Below are positions 22,350 to 32,091 of a stretch of 64,000 nucleotides of DNA, in pieces. A model generated the notes under the pieces. That model was not told where the DNA came from. It saw only the letters and a program-made list of their open reading frames with translations, and did no database searches. Origin of the DNA: an uncultured candidate division Zixibacteria bacterium (GTDB taxonomy: Bacteria > Zixibacteria > MSB-5A5 > GN15 > FEB-12); NCBI GenBank assembly GCA_963664195.1, contig OY760907.1:3488001-3552000 (forward strand), given 5' to 3'. The translations under genes were made by a program, and so were the position numbers. Position 1 is the first letter of the stretch, and each line of letters opens with the position of its first letter.

Positions 22350-23217
22350 TCACTGGCTGGTGATCTGATCAATCAGGTCGGCATCGTCCGGCAGAAGCTC
22401 GGACCTCACGAGCCGGGGAACGAGTATCCGCCAATTCTCATCCTGCTCAAACACACGCTTGAAGATAGGCAGCGAGCGTTCAACCTGACCGATCGAAGCC
22501 AGTGTCACTGCATGCCAGAAGAGAATCTCCTGGTTTCCCGGCGCCAACTCGGCCGCTTCGGCATAAGCAACGGCGGCTTCATCAAACATCTCCTCGGCGA
22601 TGAACTCGTCCCCCTCATTCATTTTGTCGTACGCCCGGGAGACATTCAACAACCGCCTGAGCTCCTTGAGCGGTTCCGGGGAATCGTCCACCCGGAGATC
22701 AACCAGCCGGTCCCGCCAACTCTGACCGGTCGGTTCGCCGGTGACAACCACCATCGCCGCGGACTGCATCCCCCGAATGTCACCTCCCTCTTCCTGTGCC
22801 GCCTCAAGAGCCGCCATCATTCGTTCGGCGAGATCACTCTCAGTTGACTCAAATGCCTCGGCCATCGCATCCCAGACCGTGTTCTTCTCCATGAGATTCG
22901 CCTGCACAGAGTAGTTGGCTCCGATCCGGTGTCCGGCCTCAGCGATACAATTCCCCCCCGTGTGCACAGAGATGACACCACTGGCATCAATCATCGCTAC
23001 CTGCCTGACGTCACTGCCGGGATCGGAGACGAGCAACCCCGTCAGCGCCTCTTCTGCCGACTTTCCGTAACTCATCATTTCAAGTCCAAGCGGTCCATAC
23101 GAAAACTCTGCCAGCGACTGAGTTGCAACCGCGCCGACGCCCGGCTCGACCCAGATAACGTCGGCCACCTTGAACCAGTGCGACTGCAATCAGGATCGCC
23201 GCCAGGTACTCAGACAT
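22350..23217 (-). pseudogene. DUF1028 (Ntn-hydrolase-like) + TPR protein with 5' deletion/frameshift
   Basis: QSHWF, GAVATQS, RQVAMID, GGDIRG, DLRVDD; GGAGGA-ATG at 23217 is 28 nt upstream of, and out of frame with, the body ORF (23189). Confidence 0.65.
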
Positions 23218-23404
23218 AACTCCTCCACGGCCCCTTGACACAAGAGTTAGCTCAATCTAGCACTGTCCTGCTGCAGAGCGTCAAGCGCCTTCAGACTATG
23301 TTTTTTGAATTGCATAACTATAATCTGCCGAATAACTTGACGATCAACATAAAAACCCGACCAAAAAACGATCTGTTTATTGAATAAAGAGCGAATCGCG
23401 GAGT

Positions 23405-23980
23405 ATGACCGGTACGAAGGATAGCAAACCTATGGATATTGATTCCGCACTGGTCATGGATATTGGAGCTGGAAACAAGAAGGCGTTTCAAGAGCTTGTC
23501 GAAAAGCACAAGAAATCAGCCTTCCGGATGGCTCTCGGGCTTGTAGGCAACCGCGACGATGCCTTTGACATCTCGCAGGAGGCTTTTCTCCGCGTGTACA
23601 AGTCGGCCGGGACATTTGATCAGGACAAGCCGTTTCTCCCCTGGTTCTATACCATTATCGCCAACCTCAGCCGAACATGGCTCCGGCGCCGCACCCGTCG
23701 AGATAACAAGATGGTCGATGTCGACGATGCCGAGTATCTGCTGGTCTCCGAGGATAACCCCGAACAGGCGATTATCCAGAAAGAAACCTCCGGGCGACTC
23801 CGCGATGCCCTTATGCTGCTTTCCTTTGATGATCGCGAAATCATTACTCTGCAACACTTCAGGGGAATGTCATACGACGAGATTGCCGGTCTCTTGGGAA
23901 TTCCGCGCGGCACCGTGATGTCACGTTTGTATTACGCGCGGAAGAGACTGGCCAAGCTCATGAGGCAACACGATGGATGA
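23405..23980 (+). CDS. ECF RNA polymerase sigma factor
   Basis: DISQEAFL, PWFYTI, SYDEIA, GTVMSRLYYAR. Confidence 0.93.
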   Translation: MTGTKDSKPMDIDSALVMDIGAGNKKAFQELVEKHKKSAFRMALGLVGNRDDAFDISQEAFLRVYKSAGTFDQDKPFLPWFYTIIANLSRTWLRRRTRRDNKMVDVDDAEYLLVSEDNPEQAIIQKETSGRLRDALMLLSFDDREIITLQHFRGMSYDEIAGLLGIPRGTVMSRLYYARKRLAKLMRQHDG

Positions 23981-24416
23981 GAGAATCAGGGAACTGCTCG
24001 CAGGCTTTGTCGACGGCGAACTGTCCGAATCCGAAAAAGTCGATTTCGAACGCGAGTTATCAGTAAACGCAGAACTCCGGACGGAACTCGAAGAGTTCCA
24101 AAAACTCAAACAGGTAACGAGTACCATGCGATATGCCGATTTGCCGGACGAGGTATGGGAGTCCTACTGGGCCTCCCTGTACCGCAAGACTGAACGCGGC
24201 CTGGGATGGATATTCCTGTCGATCAGCGCCATCCTGATGCTCTGTTTCGGCGGATGGGAACTCTTCAGCGGATTGTGGGCCAACCCCGAGACCCCACTGT
24301 GGCTGAAGATCGGCGTATCGGGCGGAACGCTCGGCGCGATAATTCTACTTGTTTCCTACGGCCGTGAGCGCCTTTTTGCCTACAAACGGGAACGGTATTC
24401 GGAGGTAATCAAGTGA
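23973..24416 (+). CDS. Membrane anti-sigma factor
   Basis: LLAGFVDGEL motif, two TM helices, overlaps sigma stop. Confidence 0.8.
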   Translation: MDERIRELLAGFVDGELSESEKVDFERELSVNAELRTELEEFQKLKQVTSTMRYADLPDEVWESYWASLYRKTERGLGWIFLSISAILMLCFGGWELFSGLWANPETPLWLKIGVSGGTLGAIILLVSYGRERLFAYKRERYSEVIK

Positions 24417-24733
24417 TACTGGCAACTACGGATTATATACAGGGCAAACGGGTCATCAGAACGATCGGCCTGGTCAAAGGCAACACGATTCGCGCCCGTC
24501 ATATCGGGCGCGATATCGCCGCGGCTTTTCGCAACATGGTCGGCGGCGAGATCACCGACTACACGAAAATGATGGCCGAGTCGCGCGAGCAGTCAATTGA
24601 CCGCATGATCGCCAGTGCCCAGGAGAAGGGTGCCAACGCGGTCATACAGGTCCGTTTCTCAACCTCTTCGATGATGCAGTCCGCCGCCGAACTCCTCGTC
24701 TACGGTACCGCCGTAGTAATCGAAGATGAATGA
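24413..24733 (+). CDS. YbjQ/UPF0145 family protein
   Basis: VGGEITDYT, GANAV, YGTAV. Confidence 0.92.
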   Translation: MILATTDYIQGKRVIRTIGLVKGNTIRARHIGRDIAAAFRNMVGGEITDYTKMMAESREQSIDRMIASAQEKGANAVIQVRFSTSSMMQSAAELLVYGTAVVIEDE

Positions 24734-24885
24734 GACCAAATTGTAGGTCGAAACTCCTGCAGTTTCGACTCTCTTTGTAGGATTGTGTCAGAACATGGGT
24801 TGCAGTCTATGTTTCGAACCCGCCGCCCAAATCGTCTAACTCATTGGGCTTGATGCATGAATCCTCATGACGTGCAAATGAACTT

Positions 24886-25209
24886 ATGATAATCACCTCC
24901 GGAAACGATATTCACTACTGCCACGTCACGAAAACACTCGGACTGGTGATGGGCAACGCAATTCGGGGAACGCATCTCGGAAAAGACATCGCCGCCAAAT
25001 TCCGCAATCTCATCGGCGGCGAAATTACCGGCTACACCGAGATGATGTCACAGGCCCGCGAGCAGGCACTGGACCGAATGGTCGCCGAGGCTTCCAAGCT
25101 CGGTGCAAACGCCGTAATCAATACTCGATTCTGCACGACTTCGATGATGCAGGGCTGCGCGGAATTCCTCGCCTACGGCACGGCGGTCGAGGTGGACGAG
25201 GGCGAATAG
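24886..25209 (+). CDS. YbjQ/UPF0145 family protein (paralog)
   Basis: IGGEITGYT, GANAV, YGTAV. Confidence 0.92.
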   Translation: MIITSGNDIHYCHVTKTLGLVMGNAIRGTHLGKDIAAKFRNLIGGEITGYTEMMSQAREQALDRMVAEASKLGANAVINTRFCTTSMMQGCAEFLAYGTAVEVDEGE

Positions 25210-25420
25210 CTACTTACCCCCTCTCCCCAAGTCCCTACAGTATCGTCCAAATTGCTTGCAATCGTCGCACAATCGCACTATATTCATCACGGGCGGAGGA
25301 CATGATCCCCACTCTGGACCAACGATGTGATCGATCTACTTGGTGCTTTCCCGTTGGGTCTTGCAGGACCAGCGTTTCTTTCGCGCCACCGCGCCCCGCA
25401 AAACCGTGAGGAGAATACTG

Positions 25421-27256
25421 TTGGAATTCGATTATGTGGACATCAGGAACTTCAAGGGCATAGAGCATGTCCGGCTGGACTTTGCACAGTCCCCCAAGCA
25501 GAACGTGTACACGCTCGTCGGCCTGAATGAAAGTGGAAAGACCACAATACTGGAGGCACTGAACCTCTTCGGTTATGGCACCGAGAAGTTGGGTCCCCTC
25601 AACCTCTACGGCTACGACATTGGAGACTTGCACGACCTGATACCGGTATCAAAGCGTGACAATTTCAACGACGACATCACCATTTCATTTGGATTACGTT
25701 TGGATGCGTCAGACGAAGAAAAGGTGTCGTTGTTCATGAAGAGGAATCACAAATTCACTATCAAGGAGAAGATTCGCGCCTTTAGCATCACTCGTACAAT
25801 GACTTTCAAAAACTCTGAGTTCTTGCCAGACCGATCTGTAATGCTCTGGGAGATCGACGTCGTCGGCAGGAAGTACAGAGGCAGAAAGGTTATCAGACTG
25901 GAAAGCTCGGACGTCGAATGGGATAGCTGCGCCGAATTCATCAAGAAGAGGATCCCTAGCATCCTGTTCTTCCCCAACTTCTTCTCTGACTTCCCCACCA
26001 GGATTTATCTCGAAGACTACGGCGACAACGATGACCTGCATGAGTTCTACCGTTCGGTATTGCAGGACATACTAAACTCCTTGGGCACGGGTGCGAACCT
26101 GACAACCCACGTCCTCAAACGCGCAAAGTCTGCTCAGACAAGAGACCTAAGGAGTCTTGACGCACAACTGGCGAGGATGAGTAGTCACATCACGAACGTG
26201 ATTCTGAAGAAATGGAGTCGCATATTCAGCCGCACTCTAGACGACAAGGAGATCGTGCTCAGATGCCAGAGCGACGAGCATGGCGATAAGACCAGGTACT
26301 ATATCGAGTTCCAACTCAAGGAATCGGACCAATTGTATCTTATCAGAGAGAGGTCTCTTGGCTTTCGCTGGTTTTTCGCCTTCTTCCTCTTGACGCACTA
26401 TTGGCGATTCCGGAGCGACTCCGCCACCAAAGCGTTGTTCCTTTTTGACGAACCGGCATCTAACCTCCACCCTTCGGCCCAGCATCAACTACTTCGGAGC
26501 CTCGGAAAACTCGCCGAGAACTGCAAGATTGTGTATACTACGCATTCCCACCATTTGATCGACCCTAATTGGCTTGAGGGCGCGTACGTGGTGAAGAACG
26601 AAGGTATTGACTATGGCGAGAACATTGAGTCCTACAACTCCCGAAAAACCCGCATTACGGTCGACAGATACCGCAGTTTCGCCGTTAAGCATCCGGACCA
26701 GACGACCTACTTTCAGCCAATTCTCGATGTTCTTGACTATGCTCCGAGCAAGCTGGAGTCGGTTCCGCGTGTGGTCATCGTTGAAGGCAAGAACGACTAC
26801 ATCACTCTCGAGTATTTTGCCAAGGTGGTGCTTGGATTGGATACAACGTACGGGTTAATGCCCGGGTGCGGTGCAGGAGGTTTGGACACGGTAATAAGAC
26901 TTTACCTTGGTTGGTCTCGTGACTTCATGGTGCTCCTAGATGCAGATAGCGAAGGAGCGAAGCAAAAGAAACGATACATCGAGCAATACGGCAATGGGAT
27001 TGAAGGTCGTATCGCGACGCTGGAAGACATTAACTCCAAGTGGACGAAACGCTCGACAGAGGGGCTCTTTGCTGAGGCTGATCGACTATCGATTCAAAAT
27101 CTGGTTGACCCGAAATCCAAGAGATTCAACAAGACGCACTTTAACAGGTCTGTCCAAGAGCTGCTTGCCCGCAACAAACCATTCAGCTTCGATGAGGAGA
27201 CGGTTGAGAACTTTCGCCAAGTGCTAGAGTTCTTTGAAGGCAGGCTAGGTAAGTAG
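25421..27256 (+). CDS. OLD-family ATP-dependent nuclease (ABC ATPase + TOPRIM)
   Basis: IRNFKGI, GLNESGKTT, RSLGFRWF, FDEPASNLH, TTHS; TOPRIM VEGKND and LDAD; GAGGAG RBS before TTG 25421. Confidence 0.82.
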   Translation: MEFDYVDIRNFKGIEHVRLDFAQSPKQNVYTLVGLNESGKTTILEALNLFGYGTEKLGPLNLYGYDIGDLHDLIPVSKRDNFNDDITISFGLRLDASDEEKVSLFMKRNHKFTIKEKIRAFSITRTMTFKNSEFLPDRSVMLWEIDVVGRKYRGRKVIRLESSDVEWDSCAEFIKKRIPSILFFPNFFSDFPTRIYLEDYGDNDDLHEFYRSVLQDILNSLGTGANLTTHVLKRAKSAQTRDLRSLDAQLARMSSHITNVILKKWSRIFSRTLDDKEIVLRCQSDEHGDKTRYYIEFQLKESDQLYLIRERSLGFRWFFAFFLLTHYWRFRSDSATKALFLFDEPASNLHPSAQHQLLRSLGKLAENCKIVYTTHSHHLIDPNWLEGAYVVKNEGIDYGENIESYNSRKTRITVDRYRSFAVKHPDQTTYFQPILDVLDYAPSKLESVPRVVIVEGKNDYITLEYFAKVVLGLDTTYGLMPGCGAGGLDTVIRLYLGWSRDFMVLLDADSEGAKQKKRYIEQYGNGIEGRIATLEDINSKWTKRSTEGLFAEADRLSIQNLVDPKSKRFNKTHFNRSVQELLARNKPFSFDEETVENFRQVLEFFEGRLGK

Positions 27257-27377
27257 ATACAGGTCGTATGTCCCTCCTGCGTTGTCAGCATCGCCGGTCA
27301 ACTTCGCCCATGTAGTAGCCAAACCGGCAGGGATGGATCCCTGCCGGTCACGTTCTCAATGCTACATAGAAGCTATC

Positions 27378-28901
27378 CTACTCCAGCGAGCCGATCTCTT
27401 TCTCGACCTCTTCGAGAACCTCACAGGACTTCACCAAACGCTTCATCTCGGTGTGATCCGGGTACAGAGGACGGTCGATTTCGAGGAAGTCAACATACTT
27501 GCGAACGATCTCCTTCGCCTTTGTCACGCCCTTGCCGAAGTTGTACTCACGGAAATCAAGCGCCTGAGCAGCGGCCATCATTTCGATACCCAACACGCCG
27601 TAAGCATTGTCCAAAATCTGGAAGTTTTTGATTGCCGTGTTCATGCCCATCGACACGAAATCTTCCTGATCGGCCGCAGCCGGAATCGACTGAATGCAGG
27701 CTGGTGCCGAAAGAATCCGCTGTTCGACAATCTGCATATCGGCCGTGTACTGCGAGAGCATCAGGCCGGAGAACATGCCCGCGCCCTTAGTCAGGAACGG
27801 CGGCAGACCGACGCTCAACGCCGGGTTGTTCAAACGGTTCATCCGCCGTTCCGACATCACGGAGATCATTGTGATGCAGGCACCGGCCATGTCCATCGGG
27901 ACCGCCACCGGCGTGCCCTGGAAGTTGGCGCCGGAAAGCTGAAGGTTTTCATCCGGGAAGAAAATCGGGTTGTCGCCAACACCGTTGAGTTCGATCTCAA
28001 CCTGTGATTTCGCATACGCCAGAGCGTCGTGAGCCGCACCGACAACCTGTGGCGTGGAGCGCATCGAATAGGCATCCTGCACCTTGCACTGAACCTTCTG
28101 CTCGGCAAGGTCTCCCCCGGCCACCAGCTTACGGATCGACTCGGCGGAGCGTACCGCTCCTTTGAATCCACGCACCTCATGCAGTTTGGCCGAATACGGC
28201 TTCATGTTGGCCTTGAGAGCCTCCAGGGACATCGCAGCAGCGATCTCAGCCTGTTTCAGCCAGCGGTTGGCGTCATACAAGAAGATCGCGCTCATGGCCG
28301 TAAGAACGTTTGAGCCGTTGATTACCGCAAGACCGTCACGGGCCTTCAGACCCGGAATCTCGATCCCGGCTAATTGCATCGCCTCCTTGCCGGAGAGCAG
28401 TTCACCCTCGTAGTAGGCCTTGCCTTCACCCATCATCAGCAGTGCTATCTGGGACATCGGAGCCAAATCACCGCAGGCGCCGACAGAACCCTTCTGGCAC
28501 ACAAACGGCGTCACACCCTTGTTGAGCATCTCTACCAGCGTTTGCGTCACCACTGGACGCACTCCGGAATTACCGTGAGCATGAACGTTGATGCGGGCCG
28601 TCATAGCGCCCCGAACATACTCAATCGGAGCCGGGTCGCCGATGCCGGCGGCATGGTTGTAAATGAGATATTTCTGGAAGTCTTTGACCTGGTCGTCATT
28701 AAGGACGACTTCGGAGAACTCACCGATGCCTGTATTGACACCGTACATGATTTCTTTGGCTTCGATCTTTTCTTCGAGCATGGCCCGGCACTTCTTCATC
28801 CGTTCCACTGCCTCGGGGGCAAGTTCCACCTTTTCGTTATGCCTCGCGACCGCGACCAGCTTTTCTATTGTCAGTCCGGCGCCGTTGAGAATAATAGCCA
28901 T
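27378..28901 (-). CDS. hutH: Aromatic amino acid ammonia-lyase (histidine ammonia-lyase-like)
   Basis: YGVNTGIG, GSVGACGDLAP, QDAYSMR, DNP, GANFQG, QEDFVSMG. Confidence 0.85.
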   Translation of the reverse strand: MAIILNGAGLTIEKLVAVARHNEKVELAPEAVERMKKCRAMLEEKIEAKEIMYGVNTGIGEFSEVVLNDDQVKDFQKYLIYNHAAGIGDPAPIEYVRGAMTARINVHAHGNSGVRPVVTQTLVEMLNKGVTPFVCQKGSVGACGDLAPMSQIALLMMGEGKAYYEGELLSGKEAMQLAGIEIPGLKARDGLAVINGSNVLTAMSAIFLYDANRWLKQAEIAAAMSLEALKANMKPYSAKLHEVRGFKGAVRSAESIRKLVAGGDLAEQKVQCKVQDAYSMRSTPQVVGAAHDALAYAKSQVEIELNGVGDNPIFFPDENLQLSGANFQGTPVAVPMDMAGACITMISVMSERRMNRLNNPALSVGLPPFLTKGAGMFSGLMLSQYTADMQIVEQRILSAPACIQSIPAAADQEDFVSMGMNTAIKNFQILDNAYGVLGIEMMAAAQALDFREYNFGKGVTKAKEIVRKYVDFLEIDRPLYPDHTEMKRLVKSCEVLEEVEKEIGSLE

Positions 28902-29175
28902 GATATTGCCTCACTTATTACGATTTTGCTACACAATAGGAGTTGAACCGGAACCAGTCCGGCTATTCAAGGACACGCTGGGGCGAAAAACCCTATTCGT
29001 CCTGAAGGCCGGAGGCAAGAAGGGAGTTATACCGTGAGGCAAAGGACACAATCGGCTTCGTGAATCGAGCCGACAATCGCAATCTTTCCAGACAGGTATT
29101 CATTATATTCCTCCGGCACAAAGATAGCGTATAAATAGCGATTGTCAATCAGTTTGAAAAGGACGATACTGCTTC

Positions 29176-30021
29176 ATGCGCTGGCAAAAGATGGATGACG
29201 ACTTCTTTCAGGGGCTCGACTTCGTGGCTTTTGACACCGAGACGACGGGCCTCTGGGCACCGGTCAATCGAATAGTCGAGCTTGGAGCGGTGAAGTTCAG
29301 ACTTGGCAGCAACCGACCGGACGTCTTCTCCGAATTAGTCAACCCCGAACGGCGCATTCCGCCTGAAGTAATCCGTGTCCACGGCATATCCGACAGCATG
29401 GTAAGCGACGCAGATACTATCGGCCCCGTCCTGGAGCGGTTCTTCGAGTTCTGCGGTCCTGAGTCTATTCTCATCGCCCATAACGCCAAGTTTGACATAT
29501 CGTTTGTGGGGTGTGAAATGTCCCGCGCGGGCCTGCCGATGATCCCCAACCGAGTGCTGGACACGGTCGACATCTGCAAGCAGTACTACCCCGGTCTCGA
29601 CTCGTACTCACTGCTGTCACTGTCTCAGGAATTCGCGATCAGCCGAACACAGAACCACCGGGCCGCCGATGATGCCGCACTTGTGTGGAAGCTCTTCTCG
29701 AAGGTCTCCGAGGCTTTCCCCTACATCAAGTCCGACAGCCTCCTGCGTCGCGAGTTCAATTTCTACTCGATGGCTCAATGGCAGGGCGACACACCGGAAT
29801 TGCCTGAAGAGTTTGCGGAGTTGGAACGCGCTATCGACGAAGAGCTGACTGTGGACATCGTCTACGGTGCCCCCGGACGCCGACCGGAAGAGCGACGGAT
29901 CAGACCCCTGCGAGTACACTCACTCAAGAATACTACCTATATCGCAGCCTATTGCGAGAAAGTCGAAGACGAACGGACGTTCCGTCTGGACCGCATCAAG
30001 AGATTCACGCTGGTTGATTGA
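29176..30021 (+). CDS. DEDDh (DnaQ-like) 3'-5' exonuclease fused to WYL domain
   Basis: FDTETTG, HNAKFD, HRAADD; C-terminal RRIRP...YCE...ERTFRLDRI. Confidence 0.88.
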   Translation: MRWQKMDDDFFQGLDFVAFDTETTGLWAPVNRIVELGAVKFRLGSNRPDVFSELVNPERRIPPEVIRVHGISDSMVSDADTIGPVLERFFEFCGPESILIAHNAKFDISFVGCEMSRAGLPMIPNRVLDTVDICKQYYPGLDSYSLLSLSQEFAISRTQNHRAADDAALVWKLFSKVSEAFPYIKSDSLLRREFNFYSMAQWQGDTPELPEEFAELERAIDEELTVDIVYGAPGRRPEERRIRPLRVHSLKNTTYIAAYCEKVEDERTFRLDRIKRFTLVD

Positions 30022-30075
30022 CTCTGGGCTGGAGAAGAAGGTTTGTCAGCCGGAAGCGTTGAGACACCGGCAGGC

Positions 30076-30738
30076 CTAAAGCTTGACGTTGTTCTTCCCT
30101 GACGGTTGCCACAGCATATCCTGAACGGAACTGACTATCAGTATAGCAAGAACAGCACAGGTCAGGAGACTGGTAAGACCGGGCTCCCATATCGAATCGG
30201 AGATTTGCGATTTCATAGCAGTCCAATCAAACGAGAACTCAGGAAGCTGAGCCCATAGCCAGGCAGAAGCTCTTGTGGCCAGAGGCAGCGGATCACAAGC
30301 GGAAACGGCCGCCCACAACCCGGCTTTGAGCGACAAGACTCCGGTAATCACTTTGTAGGCGGCACTGCCGATCAGGGTGCTCCAATCCACGATCAGGAAC
30401 AAGCCAAAAGCCGGCAGAGACCAGATCAGACACCACGCAAAGAAGCTGAGAATCCGCGCTCTGGCTCTGCTGGCGGTCGAGGGCGTTGCTTCCGGTCGAA
30501 TCGCCGCGTGAGGAGGCAAAGCTATTGTCACTTTGCGCGCAAAATCTTCCGGCAGCATGATCGACGGAATCTCCCCGGCCTCGCCGTAGAGCCGCGCGTA
30601 CTGACTGCGCTGTTCCTGACAAAGCATGCAGGAATCAAGATGCTCGAATGTTTCTGTCTCTTCAGTCGTCCGATCATCTGTCCGGTCGACGTCCAGGAAC
30701 AGCTGAATCTCTTCATCGGTAAGGTGTCTTACGCGCAT
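30076..30738 (-). CDS. Zinc-finger membrane anti-sigma factor
   Basis: HL...HLDSCMLC (HxxxCxxC), TM helices, overlaps sigma gene. Confidence 0.8.
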   Translation of the reverse strand: MRVRHLTDEEIQLFLDVDRTDDRTTEETETFEHLDSCMLCQEQRSQYARLYGEAGEIPSIMLPEDFARKVTIALPPHAAIRPEATPSTASRARARILSFFAWCLIWSLPAFGLFLIVDWSTLIGSAAYKVITGVLSLKAGLWAAVSACDPLPLATRASAWLWAQLPEFSFDWTAMKSQISDSIWEPGLTSLLTCAVLAILIVSSVQDMLWQPSGKNNVKL

Positions 30739-31301
30739 AGCTCCTCCTGCGAATAGCGGGAGAGCATGCGTTCCTTCAGCATCTTGCGGGCCCGGAACAG
30801 GTAGCTCTTAACCGTCCCATCCGGCAAGCTCAGGATTTCACCGATCTCAGCGTAACTCATATCCTGCAAATGATATAGACTGACAATCGTGCCATAGATC
30901 ACCGGCAGCGTGTCGATTTCCTCACAAAGTCGGATTGCCGCCTGACGAGAACTCACCCATTGAGCCGGAGAGGCATCGTTGCATTCGCAAGAGTCTACGC
31001 TCTCTCCTTCGGGACAATGGTCCTCGTACAGCGGGACCTTCTTCTTCTCGAGATAGTTCAGCGACGTGTTGTACGCTATCCGAGCTATCCAGGTGGACAG
31101 CTTGGAGTTATGCTGAAAGCGGCCGATATTCTGGTACACCTTCACGAACACATCCTGACAGATATCCTCACGATCATGCTGACCGGACACCATCCGGAAC
31201 ACAATCTGACTAACCAGCCGCTCGTTCTCACTGACAAGAACGGTAAACGCCCCGGGGTCTCCGGAGAGTATTCTGGCTATGAGTTCTCTTGAATCTGTCA
31301 T
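30729..31301 (-). CDS. ECF RNA polymerase sigma factor
   Basis: DICQDVFVK, STWIARIAYN, SYAEI, GTVKSYLFRAR. Confidence 0.93.
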   Translation of the reverse strand: MTDSRELIARILSGDPGAFTVLVSENERLVSQIVFRMVSGQHDREDICQDVFVKVYQNIGRFQHNSKLSTWIARIAYNTSLNYLEKKKVPLYEDHCPEGESVDSCECNDASPAQWVSSRQAAIRLCEEIDTLPVIYGTIVSLYHLQDMSYAEIGEILSLPDGTVKSYLFRARKMLKERMLSRYSQEELCA

Positions 31302-31322
31302 AATGAAAACCTTATAGCATAA

Positions 31323-31390
31323 TAGACTGATAATTAGCGCCCAAAGTTGCATTTATCTACCCTGCAACTTTTTCCGTAGATACCGGTCTA
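31323..31390. promoter_or_regulatory. Back-to-back divergent ECF-type promoters
   Basis: TGCAAC-N17-GTCTA on + (31363-31390) and TGCAAC-N18-GTCTA on - (31351-31323). Confidence 0.65.
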
Positions 31391-31433
31391 ATGCGGCAGA
31401 GAGCAGAAAAGGACAAACGAAAGGAGCTAAGCC

Positions 31434-31808
31434 ATGCTTGAGACACCACTTATTGTTGGCATCATCTTTTTCTCGATAGTCGCGATTGTGAAGATTGTCT
31501 CTGACCATTCCGCCCGCAGGAATCTGATTGCGCGAGGGGAGGTCGATGAAAAAACCCGCAGGATCCTTCTGGGACACGCCGAATTGGCCGCCCTCTCGAA
31601 CGTCAAATGGGGCATGATTCTGGTCGGAGTAGGCGTTGCCTCCCTCATGTCCTACTGGCTGCCTGACTACTGTTCCGAAGAAGGAGCGTTGGGACTGGTC
31701 TTCATTTTCGCAGGGCTTGGGTTCCTGATCTACTACCCGCTGGCTCAGAGACGGCTAAAAGAAATCCAGTCCAGACAGCTTGGAGAGCCGCCGACAACGA
31801 TTCCGTAA
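31434..31808 (+). CDS. DUF6249-like membrane protein
   Basis: TM + RRNLIARG + KWGMILVGVG...FIFAGLG; GGAG RBS. Confidence 0.75.
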   Translation: MLETPLIVGIIFFSIVAIVKIVSDHSARRNLIARGEVDEKTRRILLGHAELAALSNVKWGMILVGVGVASLMSYWLPDYCSEEGALGLVFIFAGLGFLIYYPLAQRRLKEIQSRQLGEPPTTIP

Positions 31809-31854
31809 TGAACAGATAAGAGACCTAATGGGACAGGTCTGTATCTGCAGATCG

Positions 31855-31897
31855 GGCCCCGAGGACTACACTCCCGTATCCTCGGGGCCGTTTTTTG
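31855..31897 (+). terminator. Intrinsic terminator
   Basis: ggccccgagga / tcctcggggcc stem + tttttt. Confidence 0.7.
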
Positions 31898-32091
31898 TCC
31901 GGCACCGGAGCACAGATAAACGCCGGGCGTGGCTGTCCCCAGTTCCGCCGAGCCGCCTCGTTGGTGAGGGTTCTTCGCAGGTCTGATGACAGACCTGCCC
32001 CACATAAAGGAGGGGCAGTCATCCTTGAGGATGAACTGCCCATATCTCTGCCAACATGTCTATCGAACCGAAAATCGGCCAACTGTGCTCG

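Noticed and set aside
25302..25409. 35-codon ORF upstream of the OLD nuclease
   Set aside because: GGAGGA only 1 nt from the ATG and no recognisable features
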